This document shows, in pieces, positions 26,060-42,372 of a DNA stretch of 64,000 nt. The DNA is from Eledone cirrhosa. Taxonomy: Eukaryota. A model generated the notes under the pieces. The model was not told the origin of the DNA, did no database searches, and worked only from the letters and a program-made list of their open reading frames with translations. Location: NCBI GenBank assembly GCA_964016885.1, contig OZ024741.1:186868001-186932000 (forward strand), given 5' to 3'. Every line of letters starts with the position of its first letter. The first letter of the stretch is position 1. A program made the position numbers and the translations under genes.

Positions 26060-28069
26060 AGCCTGCTAAAGACTTGCAATCGGTGCAGGTAAATCACCCT
26101 GCTTGACACCATTTTCAACCGAGATTGGCTCAGACAGTTTATCTCCAACATTCACCCATGCCTGCATGTCATCGTGGAGAAAATGTTCACAAACTTTTCA
26201 GGACATCCCAATCTCTCAAAAATAACCCACAAAGCCTTCCGTTTAACGGTGTCAAATGCCTTGGTCAGATCGACAAAATCCTGGTATAAGTCCATGCGCT
26301 ACTCAATGCATTTCTCTTGAAGTTGTTTGGCCGAGAAGATCATGTCAACAGTGCCTCTGCCATTCCTAAAGCCACATTGGGACTCAGGAAGTACCTCAAC
26401 AGCAATGTGCTGTATCAATCTGTCCAACAATATCCTGCACGAGATCTTCCCAGCCACAGATAGCAGTGAAATACCTCTGTAGTTGCCACAGTCATCTTTG
26501 GCTCCCTTTGTAATGTACCACCATCAATGCATCTTTCCAATCCTGTGGCACATCTTCTTCATTCCAAACATTCACAAAGAGATCTGTGAGGCGGTTTAAG
26601 AAGTTTAGTCCATCCATTTAGTCCATCCATTCCAAGTGACTTGCCGCTGTTTAATTTGGCAATGGCCTTCGCCACCTCATCAAATGAAGGAGGATCAGCC
26701 TTTGCCAGCTTTGTAGGTCCGGATGGAATCGACCGGATGAACTCATCATCAATTTCTGATGGTCTGTTGAGAAGCTCATCAAAGTGGTCATGCCACCTGA
26801 TCAGGATTTCCTTCGGATCTCTGAGCAATTCCTTGTGAACCGGTCGGACCATGCACCTCCCTGAGCAGACTGTATAGGAGCTTTGTATCATGTCTATCTG
26901 AGGCCTTCTGGATTTCATCAGCCTTTTGGCTCCACCAGGCATCCTGCATGGCTCTCAATCGATGTTGCAGACGTGCTTTGATCTGCCTGAAGGTCCGGTC
27001 ACTCCCGTCAGAATGTGTCTCACACAACAATGATGTCAGCACTTTTTGTTTCTCTTCAAGCAAGGTCTGGATCATTGGATCATTTTCATCGAACCAGTCG
27101 TTATGCTTTCTATTGGTATGACCCAAAACTCCGAGCACTAACATCATAGACGGTTTTCTTCAATGATTCCCAAGTGTTTTCACATTCCATGGACTCAAAG
27201 GACCTTGACAGCTCAGCTCTGACTTTCTCTGTTTTCAGACGAGCCACGTTTAGTTTTTTTGGAAGTGCAACCTTCTTCCCCCTTACTTTGGGCTTCACAA
27301 CAAATTGAAACGCACCAGACGATGATCAGTCCAACATTCCGCGCCTCGCAATACACCAACCAACGTGATATCCCTGATATCACGTTTTCTCGTTAAAACA
27401 AAGTCAACTTCTTGGAACCTGGATGCATCCAAATTGTCTTATATTTGTCTTTCTGCTGAAAGAGCGTGTTCCCAACAACAAGATCCATCTCAGCGCACAT
27501 CTGCAACAGAAGTAGGCCATTGTTATTGCACTTACCTACTCCATGCTTGCCCATCACACTCCAAGCTTCCCAGTCATTACCAACACGCGCATTAAAATCA
27601 CCAAGGATGACAATCTTGTCTGGATAAGGTATACCATTGATGACCTCTCTCAAAGGCATGTGGAAACTTAGTTTTTCATCATCACTAGCACACATAGTAG
27701 GATCGTACACACTGACCAGAGTCACAAAGCGGTTTTGAATCAGAGGGACTCTCATGGACATTATCCGATCATTGAATCCACAAGGAAGATTTTCCAGCTT
27801 GAGACGATTCCATTCCTGACTGCAAATGCGACCCCTGCCTCTCTCCTACAACCCTCTTCTCCACCACTCCAATATAAGGTATATCCTCCCTTGTGTTCTG
27901 TGAATTGACCCTCACCTGCCAATCTCGTTTCTGAAAGAGCAACGATGTTCATGCTACAGCGATTGAGTTCCCTCGACACCAAAGCAGATTTTCTTTCAGG
28001 GCGAGTTTTACTGGACTGGGAATCGAGTAAAGTTCTTACATTCCAACATCCGATATTCAGAGGTTTGAA

Positions 28070-28071
<2 letters not shown>
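26060..28071 (-). mobile_element. Degenerate RTE-clade LINE (APE endonuclease + N-terminal RT), frameshifted and 3'-truncated
   Basis: [52 protein letters not shown], and on the minus strand at ~26480-26250 NYRGISLLSVAGK...PESQCGFR..RGTVDMIF...FVDLTKAFDTV. Confidence 0.92.
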
Positions 28072-28114
<43 letters not shown>

Positions 28115-28198
28115 GTATGCGTATATATGTGTTAGTGTCACTCTCTATCTCCCTATATATATACTGTATATATATATGTATATGTGTATGTATATATG

Positions 28199-28230
<32 letters not shown>

Positions 28231-28237
28231 TATGTGT

Positions 28238-28346
<109 letters not shown>

Positions 28347-28579
28347 CATATATATATATAATACAATATAAAGAAAGAAGAAACATTAGACATAAAATAA
28401 AAAAAATATAATATACCTAAATTCCTTCATTATCCTCGACTACTTAGTTTTGTGGCTACTTTGCAAAAACATTACATCATAGAGATGCAGTATTTTGGTG
28501 AGGTTTGCCGACTTACTTATCAAGAGAATACCTCAATTAGAGTTTAAAAACACGTCCGTAGGACGCGAGATAGAGTCCC

Positions 28580-28608
<29 letters not shown>

Positions 28609-28617
<9 letters not shown>

Positions 28618-28684
28618 ACAGGAAGCTGGACTGGTGTAAAACCTTTCAAGGATTTACACCAGTCCAGCCTCCTGTTATTTTATA
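28609..28684. repeat. Short fold-back (~32-bp arms) next to (TA)n
   Basis: ataaaataacaggaagctggactggtgtaaa / tttacaccagtccagcctcctgttattttat. Confidence 0.8.
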
Positions 28685-28854
28685 ATAATTAACTCCGTAC
28701 TCGCACCACCAACTATACAAACGAAGACGGGTGAGTTGCATTACGTTAAGTACTCTCCATAATATTACATCGCGGTTGACCATATGGAATAACCTGTTCT
28801 ATCCAGTTGTGAACCAACAAACCTAAATAAATATATATATATAAATATATATAT

Positions 28855-30092
<1,238 letters not shown>

Positions 30093-30158
30093 TATATATA
30101 TATATATATATATATTTCTTTATTTCTTTACGTGTCTGTATTTATTTTATTATTTAAG

Positions 30159-30345
30159 GTGGATTGGCAGTATCGGTAGAGGGTCAGACGCGATGCTTTG
30201 CAGCAAAGAGTTACGTCCCTTAATGATCTGAGTTCAAATCCCGCCGAGGTTAACTTTACCTTTCATCCTTACGGGGTCGATAAAATAAAGTATCAGTAAT
30301 ACACTGTTATAATTGCTGGCCTTGTGCTAAAAGTAGAAACAATTA
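30159..30345 (+). mobile_element. tRNA-derived SINE family 1
   Basis: A/B boxes and conserved body. Confidence 0.9.
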
Positions 30346-31074
30346 TTTAATTATCCCCCCTCCGACCTTTCGGTGTCAACACGTTCCTTTATGGCTTTAT
30401 TTTTATTTTTACTTTTATATTTTTTGGATTTTTTAAATCGTATTTATTTATATCTGTCCCTGAACTACTTCCCAACGGTTTGTACATTAATATATGTATG
30501 TGCATATATATATATATATGTTTGGATATATATGTGTATATATGTGTGTGTATATATATACGTGCGTTTGTCTATGTGTGTGTATATATATACGTGCGTT
30601 TATGTATTGAGATTTTTTTGTGTGTATGTATGTGTATGTGTGTGTATTCTCATACATATACATGAGTGTGTGTTTGTGTGTATATATATGTATATATGCA
30701 TGTATGTATATATATATATTTTTTTGTATATGAGTATGGAGAGATATGCATGTGTGTATATATAGATTTTACGTTATTATTGAGTACATGTGTGAGTGTG
30801 CGCCTGTGTGTGCGCATATGTGAGCAAAAGATCATACGTTTATATGTGTGTGTTCGTATTTCTAAGTAGACGCACGTACACTTATGTGAGAATGTATACG
30901 TTTACGTACTCTTACGTATAAGTGCGTGGTTGAGTGTGTGCATGTTTATGTTCTGGATATTTATTTATATATATTTCCCCTCAATGTATTTGCCCGCTAT
31001 TTGATTTCAGCCTCACATTCATATTTCCTAAATTTTGTTTTCAAAAATCTATTTAATAAACATTCCATTTTAAT

Positions 31075-31132
31075 CGTTCTGACGACTGAAGACAGATATA
31101 AATATCTGTCTTCAAGAAACCATTGGTAAATG
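31075..31132 (+). ncRNA. Type I hammerhead
   Basis: cgtt-CTGACGA-c-tgaagacagata-taaa-tatctgtcttca-a-GAAAC-cattg-GTA-aatg; perfect 12-bp stem II. Confidence 0.85.
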
Positions 31133-31213
31133 AATTAATTATCTCATGTTGCTTATTACATAACTAAATATATATATACAGATATAATTTTATTGTATAC
31201 TTAGCACACAACT

Positions 31214-31331
<118 letters not shown>

Positions 31332-32017
31332 CCTAAGAAAATATCTATATGCGTGTGTAATTTATACAAGCATATATTTATTTTTTTATCTTCAATTGAG
31401 TTCTTAAACACGTTGGATTGATAATGTTTTCAAAAAAACTAATTAACCCACGTGTATATTATTATTTTTTTCCTCATTTCGTGGATCGTGGGTTGCCTCC
31501 CCTTCCCGATTCGTGTCGCTATGATACTTCCTCAGTCAAAAACTGCTGGAATTTCAAATTTGGCGGTCATTCGAGGCGAGACGGATTACGGACACGATTT
31601 TTGACAGCGGTAAGAAAATATTTTCTTATATCAAAGTTTAACGGGCTTCCACTGATGATTTATAAGTGCCCACCTAAATATATTCTTACATGAATATATA
31701 TTAGGCTTCTACATAAACTGGAAACATTCTCCCAACTTGTAGAAAACTTATAATGAAACAATTGTTTGGAAAGAGAGATATACTTTAACTTTAATTATAT
31801 CTCATAAAATAATACAACTGTTTTTTCCACATTATACATATTGTTAGCACACCAAACACTTAAATTGGGTTTATATTTAAATATAACCTAATGTTTGTTG
31901 AGTGAGATGGTTACCAGTCAGAGTTTAGCTTTAAACTATCTCTGTTATTGTATTAATTATATATATATATATATATAAGTTGTGTGCTAATCAGCCGAAG
32001 TATACATTAAAATTATA

Positions 32018-32053
<36 letters not shown>

Positions 32054-32974
32054 ATACATAACTGGGACTGTGTAATTGTGTATATATATGTATACAACAT
32101 TTTTAGTATAAAGACATGCAAATATGTTAAATTTACGTGATTCCCTGTCAATTAAAAAAAAATTATTAATAACTTCAACCGATTTTTGAACCTAAACAAC
32201 CACGTGGAAATACTTAACTGGGGGGGGGGGGGTTCTTATATTTCCTATCATTTATAGTAGTATCCTGAAATAGATGTTCTACTTTGCTTTATCTTACAAA
32301 TGGTTGTATTGTCCTACAAAATTAGCTTATTCATCTTTTCACATTCCAATTTCCGTTGACAAAGATTCTGTTTCTGGTGTTAATATAAACAGCAAATTTG
32401 CAAAACTGACTTTGTGATTTCTTCTGTTGGAAGGAAGAACCTCAATTATTGAAGTATACGTATAAACCAGTTAATAGTGCATTTTGTGCTATTTTGGGAA
32501 ATTATTTACTTTTTGGTGGTTAAATCGAGCTTTTAGCTGAGTAATAAGTTACTCTTCCAATAAGATAGAAAGATGGTAGCACTGCTGTCGTTAAAAGCTA
32601 TTCTTCATATTAGGAGAGAGTTACGAAACTGGGACTCTCTATAAATACTCTTGTTGTTTCTATTAACAAAAACATTATTAAAAGAATTGATGGAGAAACA
32701 GTCAATTATACTTCCTGTGATGGCTTTCAAATTGGTAGTCATTAAATCTTCCATCAACAGAGCTGCGAAAATATTTCCCGGAACCTAGATTTCATATTGT
32801 TTACAGTCAGTTCATCCCCAACATCTATTTGGGAGCGGACGATTGTCAGTTGCTGCTGTGTGAAAAGCTACATATGATTGTAAGTTGGAACCACCAATAG
32901 ACAAAAGATACATTCAAAAATCAACTTGATCAAAGCTTTCAGTATATTATCTGGTTGTATGAATGAATGTATCC

Positions 32975-33039
<65 letters not shown>

Positions 33040-33040
33040 G

Positions 33041-33380
<340 letters not shown>

Positions 33381-33383
<3 letters not shown>

Positions 33384-33631
33384 AGAAAATATATAGCTTT
33401 CACCGTATTTTTAACTAAAGGAATTTTAGCTTGATAACGGGATTTAGAACCTTCAGATAAATGGAAAAAGATGAGTATTGACGTACATGTACGTCAATAC
33501 TCATCTTTTTCCATTTATCTGAAGGTTCTAAACCCCGTTGTCAAGCTAAAATTCCTTTAGATAAAAATACGGTGAAAGCTATATATTTTCTAATTTCAAA
33601 CTCGCTCACTGTTTCAAAACATACTTACTTG
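33381..33631. repeat. Fold-back (~105-bp arms, no spacer) with degenerate hammerhead-like core
   Basis: Palindrome centred on gacgtacatgtacgtc (~33488); CTGAAGG...GAAAG-ctat; ~38-bp extra tail on the right. Confidence 0.85.
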
Positions 33632-33652
33632 ATATATATATATATATATATA

Positions 33653-34266
33653 TATGTACACGTACATACATATATGTATACCGACGTACAGTAGTATGTA
33701 TATATATATATACATACATGCACACATATATATATGCACGTATGGATTCACCGAACATCTATCACAATGCTCGGTGTGTTTGTAAACAAACATCCCGTAT
33801 TAAGCCGTAGTGTCTAACAACCACCGTTGCTCGTTTGTTCAACACTGACAAAGGAACGCTGTACTAGTTTCAAGCTTATTAGCTATCGTCAGCAACGTAT
33901 ACCTTCCTGCCAGATTGTTGAACGTATATACTTACCTTATGCATATTAACGGCTGAGTAGCCCAATTTGCATATCGAGTGGGTTAATCGGCCGGGTGCAC
34001 CGAAAACGATAAACGGAAAAAATGAAACGATATTGCTAGACACTACGGCTTAATACGGGATGTTTGTTTACAAACACACCGAGCATTGTGATAGATGTTC
34101 GGTGAATCCATACGTGCATATATATATGTGTGCATGTATGTATATATATATATACATACTACTGTACGTCGGTATACATATATGTATGTACGTGTACATA
34201 CTTATATTTAAGTAACAGCCGTACTAAGAGTGGGAAATGAAATATCGTTTCATTTTTTCCGTTTAT
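33653..34266 (-). mobile_element. Retrozyme-like HHR element, copy 1 (fold-back, terminally redundant ~422-nt monomer)
   Basis: 164-bp arms 33653-33816/34037-34200; HHR at 33857-33897(-); 26-nt redundancy 34241-34266 = revcomp of 34009-34034. Confidence 0.75.
33857..33897 (-). ncRNA. Minimal type I hammerhead
   Basis: Minus: cgttg-CTGACGA-tagctaataagctt-GAAAC-ta-GTA-cagcg; palindromic ACTAGT stem/loop III. Confidence 0.85.
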
Positions 34267-34463
34267 ATATATATATATATATATGAAAATTAGTCCAAGA
34301 TATATTTACATAGGAATACAAGTGAAGTCACAAACTCATCACCCACGTAAACCTCTTGTTGAGTCACACAGCACCGTACGCTTAAACTATCCATGATAAG
34401 TAGTTTTCACAGACTCTTATCGGATTACCTTTAACGATTTATTGTTATCCTATATATACATAG

Positions 34464-34495
<32 letters not shown>

Positions 34496-34541
34496 GCATA
34501 CACACACATACACGCACGCACATACACACACACACTTACAG

Positions 34542-34634
<93 letters not shown>

Positions 34635-34635
<1 letters not shown>

Positions 34636-35105
34636 GCATACGTCAAAATGGCCGGTCTGAAGAGTGAAATTAATTATTGACAGTTACGTACACTCACTCA
34701 TCTGAATAGATTTGTGTATATATAGTCCTGTATAAACTTCGAGATGACTATAATGCAGACACACGCAATTGTATGGATTTCTTAATATATATATATGTGT
34801 GGGTGTGTATATGTGTGTATATATATGTGTGTGTGTATGTATATATATATATATATATGTGTGTTTGTATATATATATATATATGTGTGTTTGTATATAT
34901 ATATATGTGTTTGTATATATATATATATATGTGTATATGTGTACATATACACACATATATATGTTGTACATGTGTATATACATCTATAAGTTTGTGGATG
35001 TGTGTAAAAAAATATCACGTATTCACAATCCAAATTGAAAATAATGACGTACGTAACTATCAAAAATTAGTTTCACTTTTGAGACCGGCCGTTTTGACGT
35101 ATGCC
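34635..35105. mobile_element. MITE with ~55-bp imperfect TIRs (GGCATACGTCAAAA...)
   Basis: ggcatacgtcaaaatggccggtct...gttacgtac / gtacgtaac...agaccggccgttttgacgtatgcc; TA-rich flanks. Confidence 0.8.
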
Positions 35106-35113
35106 ATATATAC

Positions 35114-35445
<332 letters not shown>

Positions 35446-36239
35446 AACAAATATATTATACTAACGTGACATATATAATGAATGATTTAATCGGAGACTG
35501 TATGAAACAAAGGTAATACCCAAGAAATCCATGAAACTAAAACATCAATATTCTGTAAATTAACCTGCTAATCTAACGCGTCCACCTTCTAAACAGCAGT
35601 GTACGTTGAGTCACGTGTTTAAAAAGTATCCCTTAATTCTGATGTTTAGTAGGGACAATAGTTGTTGCTCTTGCTTTTGTGATTGAGTCTGAGGATTTAG
35701 TTGAGGCCCTTAATGCGATGTGCCATTCTGGTTAGGGGTTTCAGTTCAAAATCACAAGGTCATGCGTTGAATTCCCGGTGGCGTGTTGCACTCAGTTGGG
35801 AAAATGAGTTGTACGTGTAAATTGAATAGCCTGCTTGTCAAGTGTGGGTCGTGTTGAGTGACCTTAAGGACTATGTTAACGGTGGAAGCATCTATGACTT
35901 GTTTCTATGTTTAATACGTTGTAAAGACAGACGACTTGCTTGCGTAAATGTGCTGGACATCAGGCAGGCAGTGCGTTTTGAAAAGAACAGAGAGGAAATA
36001 TGTAGCGGTGATATAGGAAGAAAGATCTGGTTGTTTTGAGCATGTTAACAGCTATATATAAAAGACTACTAAGGTTTCAAACTATTAATAGGAATTCACA
36101 ATGTCCATCACAAGTATGAAAATACACTCTTGATATGTGCAATTTGTCCGAACACGGAACAGCCGAACTCCCACCGTTATCTCCCCATCTCTCCGCCCTC
36201 CCTATCTCTCAGTATAGCGAGCAAATGGGGTCCCACGTG

Positions 36240-36460
36240 CTGCTAGCCGCCCCATAGCCCCGGCGGACAAAATGGAGAAGGCGTTTCCCCGGAGGATGGT
36301 AAGGGAGATGCGCTGGAAGAGCCTATTCCATCTCGCACCTGCTCACACCTGCGGCTGGCCAGCTCAGCGCCTATGGTGGTGAGTAGGGAGGTAACCCTAG
36401 GGCCAAGGACACCAGAAGTTTCCACTGCCAAGGGCATAACCGCAAACCTGTCGGAGCCAC
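36240..36460 (-). pseudogene. C-terminal fragment of a restriction-like-endonuclease non-LTR retrotransposon (CRE-like)
   Basis: PLAVETSGVLGP...LLTTIGAEL followed in a shifted frame by FQRISLTILRGNA. Confidence 0.65.
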
Positions 36461-36762
36461 TTGCACGCTGATTTCACGATCAAGCTGGCTTGTTATTCGA
36501 CAACTGGTAGAATGGTCCTCGACTGGGACGGAGGTCAGAAACCACCCCCTCCCAACTTCGTGCTAGGTCACCTCTCACAGAGCAATATTATGATCGTGAC
36601 TATCCAGTCCTCGAGCCTAGTGTACAACTAGTGACGACATTTGATGTGCGTTGTCCTGTTAGCATGGTTGTAACTTGAAAAAGATTATATATGTGTACAC
36701 ACACCGCACATATTTATATATATACATATGTGTGTCTGAATATATATGTATATATGTGAATA

Positions 36763-36808
<46 letters not shown>

Positions 36809-37084
36809 ATTAATATGTAAGGAAACAAAGAATCAGTGTTACATCATATACATACTTTGTTACATATGTTTCACTGTTGATCAGCTCGAGGAACGACCTA
36901 TTAATGATCGAATCTAACTCTGGAATTAGAAGCTTCTCAGATATGTTTTAACATGTAGACTCGTGTCTAAAGAGTGGTTGAATATTAACCCGATTCCTTC
37001 TTATATGCTACCACAAATTCAGTCCACAGAATGTGTGTGTGTTTGTGTGTGTGGGTATGTGTGTGAATCTAATTTTCTGTATGC

Positions 37085-37690
<606 letters not shown>

Positions 37691-37719
37691 GAAAACCAAT
37701 ACAATACAAGTTAAAAATA

Positions 37720-37759
<40 letters not shown>

Positions 37760-38414
37760 GTTCAAATTGCTTTATGAAAACCAATACAATACAAGTTAAA
37801 AATAGAAAAGTAAAAATAGCAATAAAGCAAAACAACAAAAGGTTTGTGTGTGGGGGGGGGGGGGGTATGAGTATTTGTATATCTAGTGATATATAAATAC
37901 ACATTTATATATATATATATATTATGAAATAATATGTGCTTCTTGGTCATAATAATTTCTATACTTTTCATTTATATATATATATATATAGGTTACCTTT
38001 TTGCATGTTTCTTTCACCTGTGTCTTCCCACGATGGGACCTGTACACTTTTTTTTTCTCCTATTCCTTTCCTATTTTTCCCCCTTTCCCCTTTCTTCCTC
38101 TCTCCTCCTCTTTTACCCCTCTGTTCTTCCTCCTTTCCCTCTCTTTCCTTTTCTCTCTCCTTTTTTCTCCACTTATTTTTCTATTTTTCCCTCCCCTTTT
38201 CAACCTGGCCTTTTGATTAATAAAAGGCCCCGGGCGCACCCGAACTACACCGATGTCCTGTAATTCAGCGCCGAAACATCGGTTCGGGAAACATTTACAG
38301 CTGACGATGGAAACTTCCTTCCTTTCTCCTCCTGTTCCGTCCTAACCACCACCCTAAACCTTGTTTCTGTAACCACACAGCTCCTTTCGTTTCATAACTT
38401 TTTCTATATATATA

Positions 38415-38471
<57 letters not shown>

Positions 38472-38761
38472 CACATGCATACAGAAATTTAGATACACAC
38501 ACATACATACACACACATACAATCGGGATAATATTCAACCTCTCTCAGACGGGAGATAGATTCGATCATTAATAGATCGTTCCTTGAGCTGATCGACAGT
38601 GAAACATATGTAATATGTAATTAAATACGTATATGATACAACACTGATTCTTTGTTCCCTTATATATTAAAACTATTGATACTCTGCTCTCCAAGAGTAT
38701 AGAGTGCTCATCCGGCATACCGTTTACAGAAGTAATTTACTTGCACCTTAACACCTATATT

Positions 38762-38896
<135 letters not shown>

Positions 38897-39100
38897 TTCA
38901 CTGTGTTTTTGTCACCAGTACTATGTCGTCGGCAAATTCAGCATCCGATATCTTTTTCGCCTGTACTCTCCTACTCGGAGCCGGTGTAACACCGTGAAGA
39001 CAAACATGAACGACGAATGAGGCGTAGAGAAGGTAAGAAGGGAGAATAGATAGATAGGGCGGACAGTATGACGTCTATTATATATATATATATATATATA

Positions 39101-40186
39101 CTAGCAGAGGTACCCGGCGTGGCTCGGTTATTAAATAGCAGTTGTGTATACCATTTATGTCAATACTTCAGTGCTACTTCGAAAACTATACTTTTACAAA
39201 ATCATCGGCTTTTTCCAAAGTGGGTTCCTGCCCCCAGAGGTCCCCTACTCAATCTGTGCCAATTATGAGAGTTCACATTCATCTGTAGGACAAACTTAGC
39301 CCATGTGTCAAGATTTGTGAAAATCGGTTGCGAACTCCAGAAGTTATGACGTTTTGTTGCATTGCACTGCAGTGCTTCAGTCGACTCCAAGGTAGTGGTT
39401 AAAGGGGGTTATCTGCCGGGAGGCCCGATAATCAATATCTGTAAAAATAAAAGTGCCCATGACCATCTGGAGTACATAAGTAACCTATGTCATAAGTTTG
39501 GTGAAAATACTGTAGAAATGCATAAGGTTTATATACACGCGCGCGCTCGCGCGTGTGTGTGTGATGTGTGTGTGTGTGTGTGTGTGTATGTGTGTGTGAG
39601 TATGTATTTGTGTGTGCATATGTATGTGTATGTCCGTCGTATGTATTGGCCTAAATCTTCACTATTTACCTTAACTATTTTAATAACCTCTGTCATTTTC
39701 GTTTTCAATTTTATTTACATCATTCTTAAACTCTGGGGCTGGAAATCATTCTGTTATGTTAAATAGAATATTAGTCTAACGACTCCATTTAAACCATAAA
39801 CTTGGTCTTGTGTTTGCATGAAATTGTTCTTCACGTTCCACATAACGTCGTATTATCCTCGCTTTATTCCGTTCATTGCCAGGGAACGTCTTCACGAACC
39901 AAAATATCGTCTTCCTGTTTTCCTTCGGTTGGAACGTTTCTCGAAATATTTACTTCTGCGTTCACAGATTACTCTCAGTTCAATTTGAATGGGAAATTCC
40001 TGTTTCATCGATTTTATCCGTAAACATGGATGCTTGTACCCTAAAAGTCGACCCAACGCCTCCTCGGGTCATTCTGCATAAGTGTGTAAATTTTCGCTGC
40101 ATTCCACCAAACCGTTTCGAAGTTTATCCGACTACACCTAATTACTTACTTAAATATACAACGTCCGACCACTTCCAATTTATATA

Positions 40187-40189
<3 letters not shown>
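39101..40189 (-). mobile_element. Non-autonomous Helitron, family A copy 2
   Basis: Reverse-complement homologue of 8764-9945; CTAG 3' end at 39101. Confidence 0.85.
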
Positions 40190-40263
<74 letters not shown>

Positions 40264-40327
40264 GTAGTGAAAGAGTGTCGATTTTACTAAACTTCCACTT
40301 GTATATATATATATATACATATATATA

Positions 40328-40422
40328 CGTTATTCCGGGTTGAATCGGAGGTAACCCATTCCTGATGATTTCTAATGAATGAAACAGTTCTAGTCCTGTA
40401 GAATCTCATCTATATTAAAACT
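40328..40422 (+). mobile_element. Miniature PLE end: inverted tail plus minimal hammerhead
   Basis: Inverted tail cgttattccgggttgaatcggaggtaacc joined to attc-CTGATGA...GAAACAG...CTGTA-gaat (40358-40404); same family as 33144. Confidence 0.85.
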
Positions 40423-40442
40423 ATATATACATATATATATAT

Positions 40443-40501
<59 letters not shown>

Positions 40502-40506
<5 letters not shown>

Positions 40507-40922
40507 AATGGCGTGCTGCGTGGTTGCACATGGGTTACATAGGAATAAAATTAGTCCTTCATCAGTGATCTTCCAACCTTCATTGGTATTTCTTCGCTTT
40601 AAAGATCATATACCTCTGGTTGGTGCGAGCAATAACTAAAGAAAGTTATTGGGACACGTAAAATAGGGTGAAGCGAGCGAGACATGTAAACAAACATAGA
40701 TGGTAATGCAACGGAGGAGAGGAAGCGAAGAGACAAGTCCTCGCTTCCTCTCCTCCGTTGCATTACCATCTATGTTTGTTTACCTGTCTCGCTCGCTTCA
40801 CCCTATTTTACGTGTCCCAATAACTTTCTTTAGTTATTGCTCGCACCAACCAGAGGTATATGATGTTTAAAGCGAAGAAATACCAATGAAGGTTGGAAGA
40901 TCACTGAGGAAGGACTAATTTT
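40502..40922. repeat. Fold-back (~185-bp arms) carrying two copies of the permuted-hammerhead motif (40554-40655 -, 40814-40915 +)
   Basis: Near-perfect inverted repeat centred at ~40735; ~45-bp extra tail on the left. Confidence 0.9.
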
Positions 40923-40932
40923 ATATATATAT

Positions 40933-41125
40933 AGGAAAAAGTATGACCCCGACGGCAGAGCTCAAGCCGTTTCAACGGCTATTTCTTGACTCTAGAAATA
41001 GCCGTCGCAACGGCTTGAGCTCTGCCGTCGGGGTCATACTTTTTCCAATTACCCACTCTACTACCCTAAGTATTGAGTACTCTGGTGCGTTATGGTCCAT
41101 CTGTTTCCTTACCCTAAGTCCTTCG

Positions 41126-41128
<3 letters not shown>
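40933..41128. repeat. Fold-back PLE end (family of 35147)
   Basis: ggaaaaagtatgaccccgacggc...gccgtcggggtcatactttttcc plus ~80-bp tail. Confidence 0.8.
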
Positions 41129-41197
<69 letters not shown>

Positions 41198-41725
41198 TTA
41201 TACTTGGGGAGGGTAATATTGTTGTAATAATACTGCTAGAAATAATAACAGAACACACTCACTGTTTGGTTGGTTTTCTCTTCTGCATCTTTTATATCTC
41301 CACAGTTAATGCATTTGGTCCTCAATGTTTATCATTGACTGACTAACGGTAAAAAATACAGATATAAACACATATATATATTCTAACAAAGTTCTTTCGT
41401 TGCACATCTGCAACATCATCAGTGGTACTATTATGTTCTTCCTGTTGTATTGTATGTCTACGCCATTTTTATTTTATTTGTTTATTTATTTATGTATTTT
41501 TGTTGTCTTCTCTGCGCATGCGTTTGCGTGTGTGTATAGTATCTGGTGTGTGTTCGCGTTTGGGTGACTGTGTTTTGGTTATTGTATTCTATCTTAGTTT
41601 ACTAGTGTGTGTTTATATGAGTTTGCTGTTATTGTACTTGTGTATATATTTATTTATTTATTTATTTATATTTCTCTTAAATCAGTATTGTTTGTTTGGG
41701 TGTTGTTATTCCATTCATTTTTTCT

Positions 41726-42205
41726 GTTTATAAAGTTGCAGTTCCTGTCTGTTTGTTTGTTTGTTTGTTCACGAACTCCTCCTATGGTTTGGTAGATAGA
41801 CCCCCATAAGCACATATATTCTGAAACTACATTGCCCACGGTACTTGGATAAATATATTTCATTTTAATCAAAGGGTTCCCCGCGGGCACAAATCCCCGC
41901 TGAAAGTTGTTACCCTTTGATGTATATGAAATTTAAACCAAGATATGATGCCTATTTACAAAGGTTTTGAAGTGATATTTTGAAAAAAATTATTTACAAG
42001 AGACAAAATAAGAATACCATTTAATAATGTTATTTTGATTTGATATATTACAAAAAATAATGTTTTCCGATTTTTCATGCATTACATTTTACGTTGAGTA
42101 GTATTGAAATGAAATGCATAAACTATATCACTGATTTAAAATCAATCATCATTTTCTTACAAAAAGAAATGTGTGAAATGCAGCCAGGCGCGGGTAATTC
42201 GGCTA

Positions 42206-42206
<1 letters not shown>
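41726..42206 (+). mobile_element. Non-autonomous Helitron, family C
   Basis: 5' tataaagttg...(GTTT)n; 3' gccaggcgcgggtaattcggCTAG; exact 5' TC not clear. Confidence 0.65.
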
Positions 42207-42258
<52 letters not shown>

Positions 42259-42261
<3 letters not shown>

Positions 42262-42372
42262 TCAGTGTATACTGATTGATGTTCAGAGACATCCTCAGCA
42301 TTCTCGCGTAGCACCCATCCACCATCTGAGTGAGTTTCTTGGTCAGTGTCCAAGTCTCAGACCCGTACAGTC
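42259..42372 (-). pseudogene. RTE LINE RT C-terminal fragment
   Basis: Minus strand reads LYGSETWTLTKKLTQMVDGCYARMLRMSLNI. Confidence 0.75.

Noticed and set aside
38240-38320. Hairpin followed by CTGACGA..GAAAC
   Set aside because: I could not assemble consistent stems I-III; single copy, so no covariation support.
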